Made by a program: the position numbers and the translations under genes | Notes under the pieces: model-generated | What the model saw: only the letters and a program-made list of their open reading frames with translations | Databases searched by the model: none | Told to the model about the DNA's origin: nothing | Shown here: positions 48,000 to 57,705 of the stretch, one piece after another | How positions within the stretch are numbered: position 1 is the first letter of the stretch | Layout: every line of letters starts with the position of its first letter | Source: Chlorobiota bacterium | Lineage (GTDB): Bacteria; Bacteroidota; Ignavibacteria; OLB7 | Assembly: GCA_021296135.1 (NCBI GenBank) | Contig: JAGWAZ010000002.1 | Coordinates: 1,060-65,059 of the forward strand | Direction: 5' to 3' | Length of the DNA stretch: 64,000 nt

Positions 48000-49379
48000 T
48001 TGCATACCCTGTTAGCTGATAGAACGCGCCGTGAAACGGCAATGACACAGGATCGCTTCCTTCGCGACCCTATAGGCATGCTCATGCTTGTTCTGAGTGC
48101 GTTTATTCTGGGGTATGGTGGTGTCGGGTGGATAGAAACTCCTTTTCGAATCAAGTTCTTCGAGGCATGGGCCGGGGCAATTTTCTCCGGGATTGAGGTC
48201 ATCATTTTGCTATTACCCTGTCTTGCCATGATTCGCCGCATTGTCAGTGATGACTTCTACATATCACCATCCCGGTTGACCATGCCTGTTGTACTACTTG
48301 CTCTGTACATGGCGATCATCCCTTTCATCAGGATGACTTTTGCCGAGGGAGGATTTCGTATCCCGATGGAGGCAAACTTTGTTCCCTTCTTTATCATTAT
48401 GTTTTTTACCTGGCGTCTGATCTTTCATCCATCAGATGTGCGATTGATGGTCTGGATGTTGATCGTTTGTATCGGCTTCCGATGTGTTGAAGGGGTGGCA
48501 ATATGGTTCAGCAACGACATAATCTGGGGGCTCCTGACAGGTTGGAGAGATGGATTACTTCTGTCGCTCGGTCTGTGTGGTGCGTTGTTTGCCTACGTTA
48601 TCAGACCGGAAGGTGAAGAATGGTACGCAAAGATTCGCAAGGCTTTGTATATGATTTTTCCCCTGGTGATTTTTGTCTTTATCGCTTCGATGCGGCGTTC
48701 CTATATGCTCGGCCTTGTGCTCACAATTCCAATCCTGGCATTCTATCTCAAGCCCGCGGAGAGGAAGCGTCTTTTCAGGATTTTGCTTCTGGTTGCACCG
48801 TTGTTCATTGCTGCCATCTTTATAGTGGGAGCAGATCGTTTTACCAATCGAATAAGTGGGATTACTTCTCCAGGAGAAGAAAGCTCTGCAGCATGGAGGG
48901 TAATTGAGTACTACAACGTCTATCGGATGGCCCTCGAACGTCCGCTTTTTGGTTGGCCCTGGGGGTTTGCGTTCATTAATTATACCGGGATTGAGTTAAC
49001 CTGGCTGAATATCCTGATCCCTCATAATGTCTATCTGTATGTTGTCATGCGTAGTGGACTTGTTGGCCTTGTCTTTTTTATCTGGTTGATCTGGAGATAT
49101 GTACGACTTAGTCTCGATACCGTCAGAAATACTCCTTCACCAGGATACAGGTTCCTTGCTCTCTGGATGGCGAGTGCAACATTCCTTGTTGTCACTTCCG
49201 GTATAACAAACCCTGTCTTTGCCAGTAAATTGATAATTCTCATCCCCTTTTTGATGACTCTTACGAGTTTTCTCCCAGGCGCTATCAGATCAAACAACAA
49301 AGGGGAAAAAAAATCCCTTGCATACTATCACGATTCGGCTGATCTTTTCGTCAAAGAAAGGAACCATTCATCATTTTGA
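48000..49379 (+). CDS. O-antigen ligase/Wzy_C-family membrane protein
   Basis: Polytopic; SMRRS, WR..EY, RPLFGW.WG and the conserved HN (PHNVYL) followed by GLVGL. Start may be ATG 48042. Confidence 0.85.
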   Translation: MHTLLADRTRRETAMTQDRFLRDPIGMLMLVLSAFILGYGGVGWIETPFRIKFFEAWAGAIFSGIEVIILLLPCLAMIRRIVSDDFYISPSRLTMPVVLLALYMAIIPFIRMTFAEGGFRIPMEANFVPFFIIMFFTWRLIFHPSDVRLMVWMLIVCIGFRCVEGVAIWFSNDIIWGLLTGWRDGLLLSLGLCGALFAYVIRPEGEEWYAKIRKALYMIFPLVIFVFIASMRRSYMLGLVLTIPILAFYLKPAERKRLFRILLLVAPLFIAAIFIVGADRFTNRISGITSPGEESSAAWRVIEYYNVYRMALERPLFGWPWGFAFINYTGIELTWLNILIPHNVYLYVVMRSGLVGLVFFIWLIWRYVRLSLDTVRNTPSPGYRFLALWMASATFLVVTSGITNPVFASKLIILIPFLMTLTSFLPGAIRSNNKGEKKSLAYYHDSADLFVKERNHSSF

Positions 49380-52300
49380 GATATAACCTCTCTATGCACG
49401 TACGCAGTTTACTCAGTATCACAGCCTTGCTGCTCCTGACAGCGTTCCGTTCAACCTATGCCCAAGGTGATCAGGCGTTCCCACATCCTCAAGCTGAAGT
49501 GCGGATCATCACGAGTGATGTTTCATCAGTAATCCTTGAAGTAAATCAGCTTAAACCCGTCCTGGATTCAGAGGGGTTTCTGGTTCATAATGCACGCCGC
49601 TATCTCTTCAGGGAGGAGTTTAATGCCCTTCCGGAATTGCACTTCAGATTGGCAGTTCCAACAAATGCCGGCAGCCTCAGAGTATCAGTTCAAAAAAATG
49701 GAGAGAACGTCGAAGGGCTTGGGTCTCAAGGAGTTGTCAATGGCCTTAATTCGCAACAGCGCGAGGAGATTGAGATTCTTGGAGAGTCAAGACTTCGTTC
49801 CCTGCGGACCGTTTTCATTGTATGGCGCCCCTTTCGACTGCAAGGAAGATCGCTGATCTGGTCACCCGAAGCTACTATCAAGCTTGAGTGGGACGCAACG
49901 GGCGACATGGAGAAGGGAGAGGGTATGATTGCCGAGGAGATTCCGGTGATTGAAGAGGAACTCCGAAAATCTGTTCTGAACTATGACCAGGTACGATCGT
50001 TGCCCGGGTTTTCGACATCAACACAAAGAACACTTCTAAGCCGGGCAGATTCTGATTGGGGCTTAGGTGAAGAGGCACTGATTTTGCTGGTTCCGGAGAC
50101 CGGAATTTATACGCTAAGTATAAAAGAGCTTGTTGCGGCAGGATTGCCTTCTGGTGTTAATATCAACGATCTCCGCCTTCGAAATCGAGAAGAATTCGTT
50201 GAAATTCTCGTTTATGACAATGGTATAAAGAATGTGTTGGATGCCGAGGACGTTCTGGAGTTTCTTGGTGTGCGCAATCCGGGTGAGCCTGGCATTTATT
50301 TTAACGAGATTACCGATACCAATGCTTACGTGTTGACGTGGAGTGGGGGAGAGGGCAATCCCCCAGTAATAGTGCAGAGCAAGCAGAACCAATATGACAA
50401 CGTAATTGAGTCATACGATTCAACAATCCATATTGAAAAGGAAGAGTTCTGGTTTGGAGGATTGACGCTGCCGAAATATTTGGATGGCGACGTCCGTACG
50501 CTCCATACGACCGAACGTGTTCCACATGAAAGGTTCTATTGGCGTAAATCAAGACTGACGATACAGAATCCACTCACCTTCGACTGCTCTCCTGTATATG
50601 GGCCGGGATTACGAACAACTATGGACGTACGCGTTGCTGGCATTACGTATGTGGATGTTGCCAAAGGTTCCGTATCCCCTCCGCAGGAGATGACGTTCAT
50701 TCTGAATGGTATTACAATAGGAACGGCATCGATTCGAGACACCGCAGATACAACAGTCTCCTTTTCATTCCCTTCAAATTATCTCATAAACGGAACCAAC
50801 AAGCTCATCGTTCGACTTACCCCGCATGATAGTATTAGGAACGAAGTGATTATTGACTATCTGGAGTTGGAAGGACGGTGGTATGCTATGGCAGAGAACC
50901 ATTCGTTAGTGGTGCCTGCAACTCCAGCTCTTCATACCGGACTCTCCATTGTCGGTTTGCCAGGACCTGATGTCGGTTTGCCAGGACCTGATGTCCGGAG
51001 CATAGTTTCCGGGGAAACCTATCGTGCTGACTCCGTGGAACGGGGTTATCTATTCAGACTCTCTTCCAGGGCCGGAACTGCCCTTCGCGGATTTCCCGGC
51101 TTTTACGCTAAGGTAGGGGAGGAGCAAGCTGTAGCTGATGCTCCCGGGAGAGTTGGTGTCATGGTTGTGGAAGTGGAGCCAAACTCTGAGGGGGGGCGTA
51201 TCCTCCGAAGTGAACATTTCAAGACGGGAGAATCGTTCGATGGGTGTGACGCGTTTGACAAAGCGGCCGATTTCCTCGACGAAGTCGAGGATAGCAATAT
51301 TGTCCTGGCTGGACTTGCGTTTGCAACGGGTTGCAAAGAGAAGTCAGAGGCCTTTATCCAAGCATTTAAGGGACTTGGAAGCAGAGTAGTAAGTGAAAAG
51401 GATCTGTTTGCAGGTGCCTGGGTCTTTGCAGCGAGGAAGGGGGACCCAAACTCAGCGGTTGAGAAATTTGTGGCGGATGATCAGGGGATAACGGCTAACC
51501 TGTTCATTCCCGATCCAAATGGAAATAGGTGGAGAGCCGTAGCTCCAATATCAGGAGGCAATGGGGAAGAGGTCACCATCAGCACCCTTCTCGAACCCAG
51601 AATCCGACATCATAATGGTGACCAACTTATAGAAACGACAAACCAGGCCGACCTGATTATCATCACACACTCAGCCTTCGCAAGTGAGGCTGAAAGACTT
51701 GCTTCACATCGTCGTTCACATGATGGCTATTCCGTCGTAGTTGTAGACATTGAAAGAATCTATGATGAGTTTAATGATGGAGTAAAGGATCCGGTAGCAA
51801 TTCGACGCTTCCTTCAGTATGCCGATACGAACTGGGCAGAACCCAAGCCTGCTTTCGTGACGCTCTTTGGAGATGCTTCGTGGGATTCGCAGCAACGAAT
51901 GCTCGGGTCGATTATGATCGATTATATCCCGAGTTTTGGAGTCCCATCGACCGATCAACTCTATGTGGTTGCCTTTGGGGATACCACACTCACTCCCCGT
52001 CAATTCATCGGACGACTTCCGGCTACATCGTCGGCCGATGCTAAGGCAATTGTCGACAAGCTGATCGAGTACGACTCTCAGCCTCCAGCCCGATGGAACA
52101 AAAGGTTTGTCTTTGCAACCGGGGGATTGAAGGTGAGAGAGCGCGACCGGTTGCGCGATGATGCGTTGATCTTGGCCGGGAATGTGACTGGAAGTCCTCT
52201 TCAAGGAGAAGCGATTGTCATCTCCCGGTCAGGGCAGACCGACAGTGACTTGAGTTTGCCAAGCACAGTGGATGGTGATACTGTCAGAAGAGAAGTTAAT

Positions 52301-55300
52301 AGAGGGGCGGTATCCCTCGACTTCAACGGTCATGGTGCAACTACAACCCTTGATTTGAACTTCGGTTATCCTGAAGATTTTGACAACGAGGGTCGCTACT
52401 TCATTTTTTCTACATGGTCGTGTCAGACCGGTCTATACAGTGATCCCGGCAAGACGCTCCGTAACGAACGGTTCGTGACAATACCGGGTAAGGGGGCAAT
52501 TGCTTCGATAGGGGCGACAAGTTACTCCTTTACAAATGTCGACTTCAAAATTCGTGAAGGCATTTACTCCAGATTTGCAGATCCTGATGGAAATGTTCGG
52601 CTTGGACCATTGTTTGCGCTTGCCAAGCATGATATGTTTGCATTGTACAACTTCGGGTCGTTATATGAGCAATTCGGTCCCCGTTCGCGCACACATATGT
52701 TGATGTATAATCTGCTGGGCGATCCTTCCATGCGAATCCCAATTCGTCGAACCCCAGAGCTTGCAATTCCAGGCGAATCCGCAGTTATCTTGAATGAGCA
52801 GAATAAAGAGCCGGAGTTAGGTGATACGCTTTTGTTAGTCCGTGCTGCCCTTTGGAATTACGGTCGTCCCCTGACCGGTATCCCCTTTGATTCGGGGGTT
52901 GTTGTCAGGGCAACGCTAATTGATCCACTTGGAGAGCAAACATCGGTTGAATTGAAGATTAGCCGTCTCGTCCGGTTCGATTCGATACATGCTACGTTGC
53001 CCATTGGAACCACTGCAGGCGAATATGTTGTGAAGCTCGAAGCAGATCCTGAAGGAGTTGTCGAAGAGACATGGCTCAAAGATAATATCCTGACGCTCTC
53101 ATTCCTGCTACGTGGATCCCAACCGTTGCCCCTGGAGCCATTACCTTATGGGGTTGTAGAGGCATATGATGATATAACGATTCGATTATTGAATCCTGCC
53201 TCTGGTCCCGGTGCAAAGTTTACTCTTGATACGGTGCCGACGTTTAACTCGCGAGCCTTGATATCGAGCGATCAACACGGGAAAGTTGAGTTGCAGGAGT
53301 TGACGACAACTTGGGAGTTCTCAGTCCCATCGCAATTGAGGGATGCAACGCAGTTCTGGTGGAAAGCAATATCCACTTCCGGTGATCCTGACCTGGCAGA
53401 ACGATTCCCTCTTGTTGAATCCTTTACAGTTGAGAGGGGCAATCCAGATGTTGTCGAGGTGAGTGGAGTTTATCAGATGGCAACCACTCATCTTGTCGAT
53501 CTGGTAAACACCCCTCAGGGGGTTGGACCTGGTACAAGAGCTGTTCCGATCTATCTCTACGCAGTCGGACAGACTCGAGTAGACAGTATAATCCCGAGTC
53601 TGGAACTGGATGGAAAGCGAATTACGGTGCGGATCGGGAGCATAGATTATCGCAAGGGGAATGTGACCGGATTAAGTGTCATCGTACTGCCGCCAAACGA
53701 TGTTGTCCCTCTGATTGATACTGTCTTCAACTTCGATAAAGTCCGGATTGCTGACTTTAAAGATCTTGTGGACAACCATATTGAGCCCGGCCAACGGGTC
53801 CTTCTTGGTACAAGTGGCATCTCATTCTTTTTCGGAGCTGATGGTCCGAAAGAAATCAGGTCTGTACTCAAAATGCTTGGGAGCAGAGTCGCCGACGATA
53901 CTCTGACTTTTCTTGATTATGAGGGGTCATATGCATTGATAGGTGGGAAGGGGGTTCCACCCGATCAGGTCAAAGAGGCCTGGCTGCCGGCACGCCCTCT
54001 CAGAAGAGAAGGGAAGATTCCTCCGTTCCCGGTCGAGTTGTTTGATACGATTACTGCTATTCCAAGGGCAGGAGTCTGGAAGAGTCCGACGTTCGGTCCG
54101 GCAACTGCCTTCCGACAAGCCACGTTCAGTCTCGATCCTGTCTCATCGGAATCCCTTGATGTTGTTGTGCTCGGAGTGCACCGCGATGGAATTCGAGATA
54201 CACTGATTACCCAGATAATTTCTTCTGATCTAAAGAGTATAGATCTTCGCTCAATTGATGCTCTGGAATATCCACGGGTTGAAGTCCTGGCCGGATTTAC
54301 AGCCGATACATTGCAGCGGCTTCAGTCGGTATCGGTTGAGCTTGATCCATCTCCCGAACTGGCCATCGTCCCTTCAACTGTCCGCCTCTCTCCCGATTCC
54401 ATTCTTCAGGGTGATCCTGTGGCATTTGAGGCAACTGTAATGAACCTGACTTCCTTCCAGTCAGCGACCAATGTTCAATTTCAGGTCGATGAGCTTGGAG
54501 AACTTGGTGGGATAATCGATTCAGGCATTATAGATGAAATTGCACCTCTCAACTCGGCTCAAGTAAAGCTTGCGATCAATACAAACAGATTCCGTTCGAA
54601 CAGAGTATACAGGCTCCTTGTGAACTCAGATGACAGACCGGGCGAACCCTATACATATAACAATCGGCGTGGCCCCCTTCCTTTGAAGGTTGTCACCGAT
54701 GGTATTCCCCCGGGCTTCGCCCTCTATGCAGATGATAATCGTTTAATCGACGGCGATTTTGTCTCGCCACGGCCAACGCTTGAAGCCCGTGTCTTTGATA
54801 ACTCAGTTCTTGCTCTCGATTCAATTCAGGCGGTGACAATGGTACTTGATAACCAGTGGATTACTGTTAAGGAGGGTGGAATCCTCGAGTCTTTTGTTAA
54901 AGGCGATTATAGGGCATCATTCCGCTACACTCCTCCAGAGCCTTTAGCCGAGGGACCACATGATCTACTAGTTTTTATCAAAGATGCTTCTGGAAACGGG
55001 GACACTTCGGAAATCATAACATTCTTTGTCGAACCTGATGTGAGCCTCCGTACGGTAGCCAATTGGCCCAATCCGTTTGCAAAGAAGACAACGTTTACGT
55101 TTATGATAACAGGTGAAGCCCCGCCTGAATCTGGCGAGATTGCCATCTTTACTCCGTCCGGTAGAAAGATCAAGACAATATATTTGGGTCAGAGGGATCT
55201 TTCTGCAGGTGATCTTTCCATAGGCCATAATACTGTTGAGTGGGATGGTCTTGATGCGGACGGAGATCGGCTCGCCAACGGGGTATACTTTTACCGATTG

Positions 55301-55360
55301 AAAGTGAGCGCCGCAGGCAAAACAACAGAGGTGATTGAAAAACTTGTGGTACTGAGATGA
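49376..55360 (+). CDS. PorU-like C25 (gingipain-family) cysteine peptidase with two ILEI-like inserts, CARDB-like domains and a T9SS-type CTD
   Basis: Signal peptide; TGIY...DTNAY.LTW; ADLIIITH, IYDEF, LFGDA, IGRLP; FNGHG (His986) and WSC (Cys1016); LLGDP; C-terminal NWPNPF...WDG.D.DG..LANGVYFY...KLVVLR. Confidence 0.85.
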   Translation: MRYNLSMHVRSLLSITALLLLTAFRSTYAQGDQAFPHPQAEVRIITSDVSSVILEVNQLKPVLDSEGFLVHNARRYLFREEFNALPELHFRLAVPTNAGSLRVSVQKNGENVEGLGSQGVVNGLNSQQREEIEILGESRLRSLRTVFIVWRPFRLQGRSLIWSPEATIKLEWDATGDMEKGEGMIAEEIPVIEEELRKSVLNYDQVRSLPGFSTSTQRTLLSRADSDWGLGEEALILLVPETGIYTLSIKELVAAGLPSGVNINDLRLRNREEFVEILVYDNGIKNVLDAEDVLEFLGVRNPGEPGIYFNEITDTNAYVLTWSGGEGNPPVIVQSKQNQYDNVIESYDSTIHIEKEEFWFGGLTLPKYLDGDVRTLHTTERVPHERFYWRKSRLTIQNPLTFDCSPVYGPGLRTTMDVRVAGITYVDVAKGSVSPPQEMTFILNGITIGTASIRDTADTTVSFSFPSNYLINGTNKLIVRLTPHDSIRNEVIIDYLELEGRWYAMAENHSLVVPATPALHTGLSIVGLPGPDVGLPGPDVRSIVSGETYRADSVERGYLFRLSSRAGTALRGFPGFYAKVGEEQAVADAPGRVGVMVVEVEPNSEGGRILRSEHFKTGESFDGCDAFDKAADFLDEVEDSNIVLAGLAFATGCKEKSEAFIQAFKGLGSRVVSEKDLFAGAWVFAARKGDPNSAVEKFVADDQGITANLFIPDPNGNRWRAVAPISGGNGEEVTISTLLEPRIRHHNGDQLIETTNQADLIIITHSAFASEAERLASHRRSHDGYSVVVVDIERIYDEFNDGVKDPVAIRRFLQYADTNWAEPKPAFVTLFGDASWDSQQRMLGSIMIDYIPSFGVPSTDQLYVVAFGDTTLTPRQFIGRLPATSSADAKAIVDKLIEYDSQPPARWNKRFVFATGGLKVRERDRLRDDALILAGNVTGSPLQGEAIVISRSGQTDSDLSLPSTVDGDTVRREVNRGAVSLDFNGHGATTTLDLNFGYPEDFDNEGRYFIFSTWSCQTGLYSDPGKTLRNERFVTIPGKGAIASIGATSYSFTNVDFKIREGIYSRFADPDGNVRLGPLFALAKHDMFALYNFGSLYEQFGPRSRTHMLMYNLLGDPSMRIPIRRTPELAIPGESAVILNEQNKEPELGDTLLLVRAALWNYGRPLTGIPFDSGVVVRATLIDPLGEQTSVELKISRLVRFDSIHATLPIGTTAGEYVVKLEADPEGVVEETWLKDNILTLSFLLRGSQPLPLEPLPYGVVEAYDDITIRLLNPASGPGAKFTLDTVPTFNSRALISSDQHGKVELQELTTTWEFSVPSQLRDATQFWWKAISTSGDPDLAERFPLVESFTVERGNPDVVEVSGVYQMATTHLVDLVNTPQGVGPGTRAVPIYLYAVGQTRVDSIIPSLELDGKRITVRIGSIDYRKGNVTGLSVIVLPPNDVVPLIDTVFNFDKVRIADFKDLVDNHIEPGQRVLLGTSGISFFFGADGPKEIRSVLKMLGSRVADDTLTFLDYEGSYALIGGKGVPPDQVKEAWLPARPLRREGKIPPFPVELFDTITAIPRAGVWKSPTFGPATAFRQATFSLDPVSSESLDVVVLGVHRDGIRDTLITQIISSDLKSIDLRSIDALEYPRVEVLAGFTADTLQRLQSVSVELDPSPELAIVPSTVRLSPDSILQGDPVAFEATVMNLTSFQSATNVQFQVDELGELGGIIDSGIIDEIAPLNSAQVKLAINTNRFRSNRVYRLLVNSDDRPGEPYTYNNRRGPLPLKVVTDGIPPGFALYADDNRLIDGDFVSPRPTLEARVFDNSVLALDSIQAVTMVLDNQWITVKEGGILESFVKGDYRASFRYTPPEPLAEGPHDLLVFIKDASGNGDTSEIITFFVEPDVSLRTVANWPNPFAKKTTFTFMITGEAPPESGEIAIFTPSGRKIKTIYLGQRDLSAGDLSIGHNTVEWDGLDADGDRLANGVYFYRLKVSAAGKTTEVIEKLVVLR
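50950..50995 (+). repeat. Perfect in-frame 21-bp tandem duplication (VGLPGPD x2)
   Basis: TGTCGGTTTGCCAGGACCTGA occurs twice, followed by TGTC. Confidence 0.95.
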
Positions 55361-55521
55361 GATGCTGCCAGAGAACCGATGTTTCGACCAGAAGGCGACA
55401 GTCTTTGGCACGGATAATTTTTGGGAAAATGGTTGATGTCGTCTGTAGCATCAAGCTGGAGGGTGATTTGTCATGTACGAAATCCCCTCTCTATGATGTT
55501 GTTGCTACAGATCAAATTAGG

Positions 55522-55869
55522 TTAGGCAATTACGGGGTCAATTGCCCAACTGTTTGTATTTCCCAACCAGACCATTATGACTTTTGGTGAGGTAACTTCC
55601 GGAAGGTAGTGCACCGTGACGAGGGCGGATCCTTTTAGAGCGTCATACTCCTTGTATTCAACCTTTGTGACCCCGTCAAGCTTGTTAAGTGCTTCGCTAT
55701 AGTCCATCAAGGCTTGTTCGTAGGGAACTCCGACAACTCGTCGTATGATAGTATGATCATTACTGAGCGTAATCCATCCACTTACAAGGCCTACTGTAAA
55801 GATCATGCTCAGACCCAGAAGGGCTATTGGGATATATTGGACTATTGTTCTGTGTACTTGCTGTTTCAT
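55522..55869 (-). CDS. Membrane-anchored protein with HMA-like domain lacking CxxC
   Basis: N-terminal TM; ALNKLDGVTKV...VTVHY.P..TSP pattern; GGAGG RBS. Confidence 0.65.
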   Translation of the reverse strand: MKQQVHRTIVQYIPIALLGLSMIFTVGLVSGWITLSNDHTIIRRVVGVPYEQALMDYSEALNKLDGVTKVEYKEYDALKGSALVTVHYLPEVTSPKVIMVWLGNTNSWAIDPVIA

Positions 55870-55991
55870 CGTGAACCTCCATAGGGCATTATCTATACTC
55901 TCTTATACTCTTCAGATGTTCCTTTCATAGAAACGATTACTTTGACTTCTATCTTGTAGAAAGGTTCAATGAAAGTATCAGTCCCTATGGT

Positions 55992-56669
55992 CTATTCTTT
56001 CTCAGTACTATCCTCCTCGACCAGAGAGTTCCCTTCGAGTCGCAGAGTTCTGGCATCGGGAAAAGCTTCAAATGCCCGGTCATAGTCATGAGTTGCGATA
56101 ACGAAGAGGTTACTGGTCTTTCTTCGTGCGGCCAGAAAACTGAAAATATCACGGGATGTTTCGGGATCAAGATCGCCGGTCGGCTCATCAGCAAGAATAA
56201 TGGCGGGATCGCTTGATAAGGCGCGGGCAACTCCAACCCGTTGAGCTTCGCCTCCAGAGAGTTGGTCAGGGTATTTTGAACGTACATGGCTCAATCCAAT
56301 CTCAGCAAGCGTCTGTAGGGCTATTCTATTGATTTCCTTCGAAGATTTTAGCCGAATGGATAGGGCAAAACGCATGTTTTCGTAGACGTTACGGTCTTCA
56401 AGAAGGCGATCATCCTGGAAGATCAGCCCCATTCCCCTTCGTATCCTTGGCAGTTTACCGGGAGCAATCGTTCCAATATCTCTATCGTTGACCTTAATAC
56501 TTCCTTGCAAAGGCTTAAGATCACCGTAAAGTGCGCGGATCAGTGAAGTTTTGCCGGATCCTGTCGGGCCAATCAGCAAGACCGCTTCCCCTGGGCTAAC
56601 AGTAAGGGATGCTTCCCGAATAACTGGCATTCCACGATGCGCAATTGTCACATTATCAAGTCTGATCAT
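55992..56669 (-). CDS. ftsE: Cell-division ABC ATPase, FtsE-like
   Basis: GPTGSGKT, RR.MG.IFQD.RLL.DRNVYEN, LSGGE, ADEPTG.LD. Confidence 0.82.
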   Translation of the reverse strand: MIRLDNVTIAHRGMPVIREASLTVSPGEAVLLIGPTGSGKTSLIRALYGDLKPLQGSIKVNDRDIGTIAPGKLPRIRRGMGLIFQDDRLLEDRNVYENMRFALSIRLKSSKEINRIALQTLAEIGLSHVRSKYPDQLSGGEAQRVGVARALSSDPAIILADEPTGDLDPETSRDIFSFLAARRKTSNLFVIATHDYDRAFEAFPDARTLRLEGNSLVEEDSTEKE

Positions 56670-56700
56670 TCTGTCCCTTGTGTGCCATTACCGTACGTTG

Positions 56701-57705
56701 TTACCGGTCGTGCCTTCGATTATTGATGATTTTCAAGGCCATATCTATTGCCTGTACTGTGCTTGTTTCATCGGCAATACCCTTTCCTGCGATTCCATAT
56801 GCTGTACCATGATCAGGCGAGGTCCGAACAATCGGAAGCCCGGCAGTGATGTGTACGCCTGCGCCACGGGCGATCATTTTTAAGGGGATAAGTCCCTGGT
56901 CGTGATAAGAGGCCAGCACTCCATCATATTCTCCCGGCCGATATCGGGCAAAAAAGCCATCAGCAGGAAATGGTCCCTCGGCTAAATAACCGTTGGAACA
57001 AAGGTTGTTAATTGTTGGAACAAATATTTTTTTCTCTTCCCAACCAAGTATACCATCCTCACCTGCGTGTGGATTCAGGCCAAGAAGGGCGATACGAGGG
57101 GAGGCAATACCAAAATCTTCTCGTAAAGATTTGTGGAACGCAATAAACTTCTCTTGAATCAAATCGGAAGTGATGAGAGAAGGAACATCCTGTAAGGGGA
57201 GATGTGATGTGGTCAATGCAACTCTGAGGGTCTCTGTTGCAAGAATCATCAAAGGTGCGTTTCCTCCCGAAAGATGAGTGATCATCTCTGTGTGACCTAG
57301 CCAGTTGAATCCGCCAAGGTTCAGACCACTTTTTGAGATGGGCATTGTGACAAGTCCTTCTGCCTCATCCCGAAGCAACATCTCGACACCTCGAGTAATA
57401 GATTCACCTGCTAAACGACCGATCTCAGCCGATAACGAACCGAACGCAAGGGGTTCGTTCACAGGAAGATTGAGAACCGGAACCTGGTGGGAGTTAATCG
57501 AAAGGTCGGAGTTGTCGATACGTGCTGTGGAAAGTGAAAGGGCGTCTATTGTCTCGGCAATGAGCCTGAGATTGCCGACAATTATTGGGCTGAACTTGAT
57601 GATGTCGAGAGTTTTTGTCAGTCCTTTCAGCAGGACTTCCGGACCGATACCATTGCAATCTCCGATTGAGAAGACGAGGCGTGGTAAATGATCTCCTGTA
57701 CTCAT
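56701..57705 (-). CDS. pdxA: 4-hydroxythreonine-4-phosphate dehydrogenase
   Basis: GD.NGIGPE, GHTE, NPHAGE, YHDQGLIP.K, RTSPDHGTA. Confidence 0.96.
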   Translation of the reverse strand: MSTGDHLPRLVFSIGDCNGIGPEVLLKGLTKTLDIIKFSPIIVGNLRLIAETIDALSLSTARIDNSDLSINSHQVPVLNLPVNEPLAFGSLSAEIGRLAGESITRGVEMLLRDEAEGLVTMPISKSGLNLGGFNWLGHTEMITHLSGGNAPLMILATETLRVALTTSHLPLQDVPSLITSDLIQEKFIAFHKSLREDFGIASPRIALLGLNPHAGEDGILGWEEKKIFVPTINNLCSNGYLAEGPFPADGFFARYRPGEYDGVLASYHDQGLIPLKMIARGAGVHITAGLPIVRTSPDHGTAYGIAGKGIADETSTVQAIDMALKIINNRRHDR

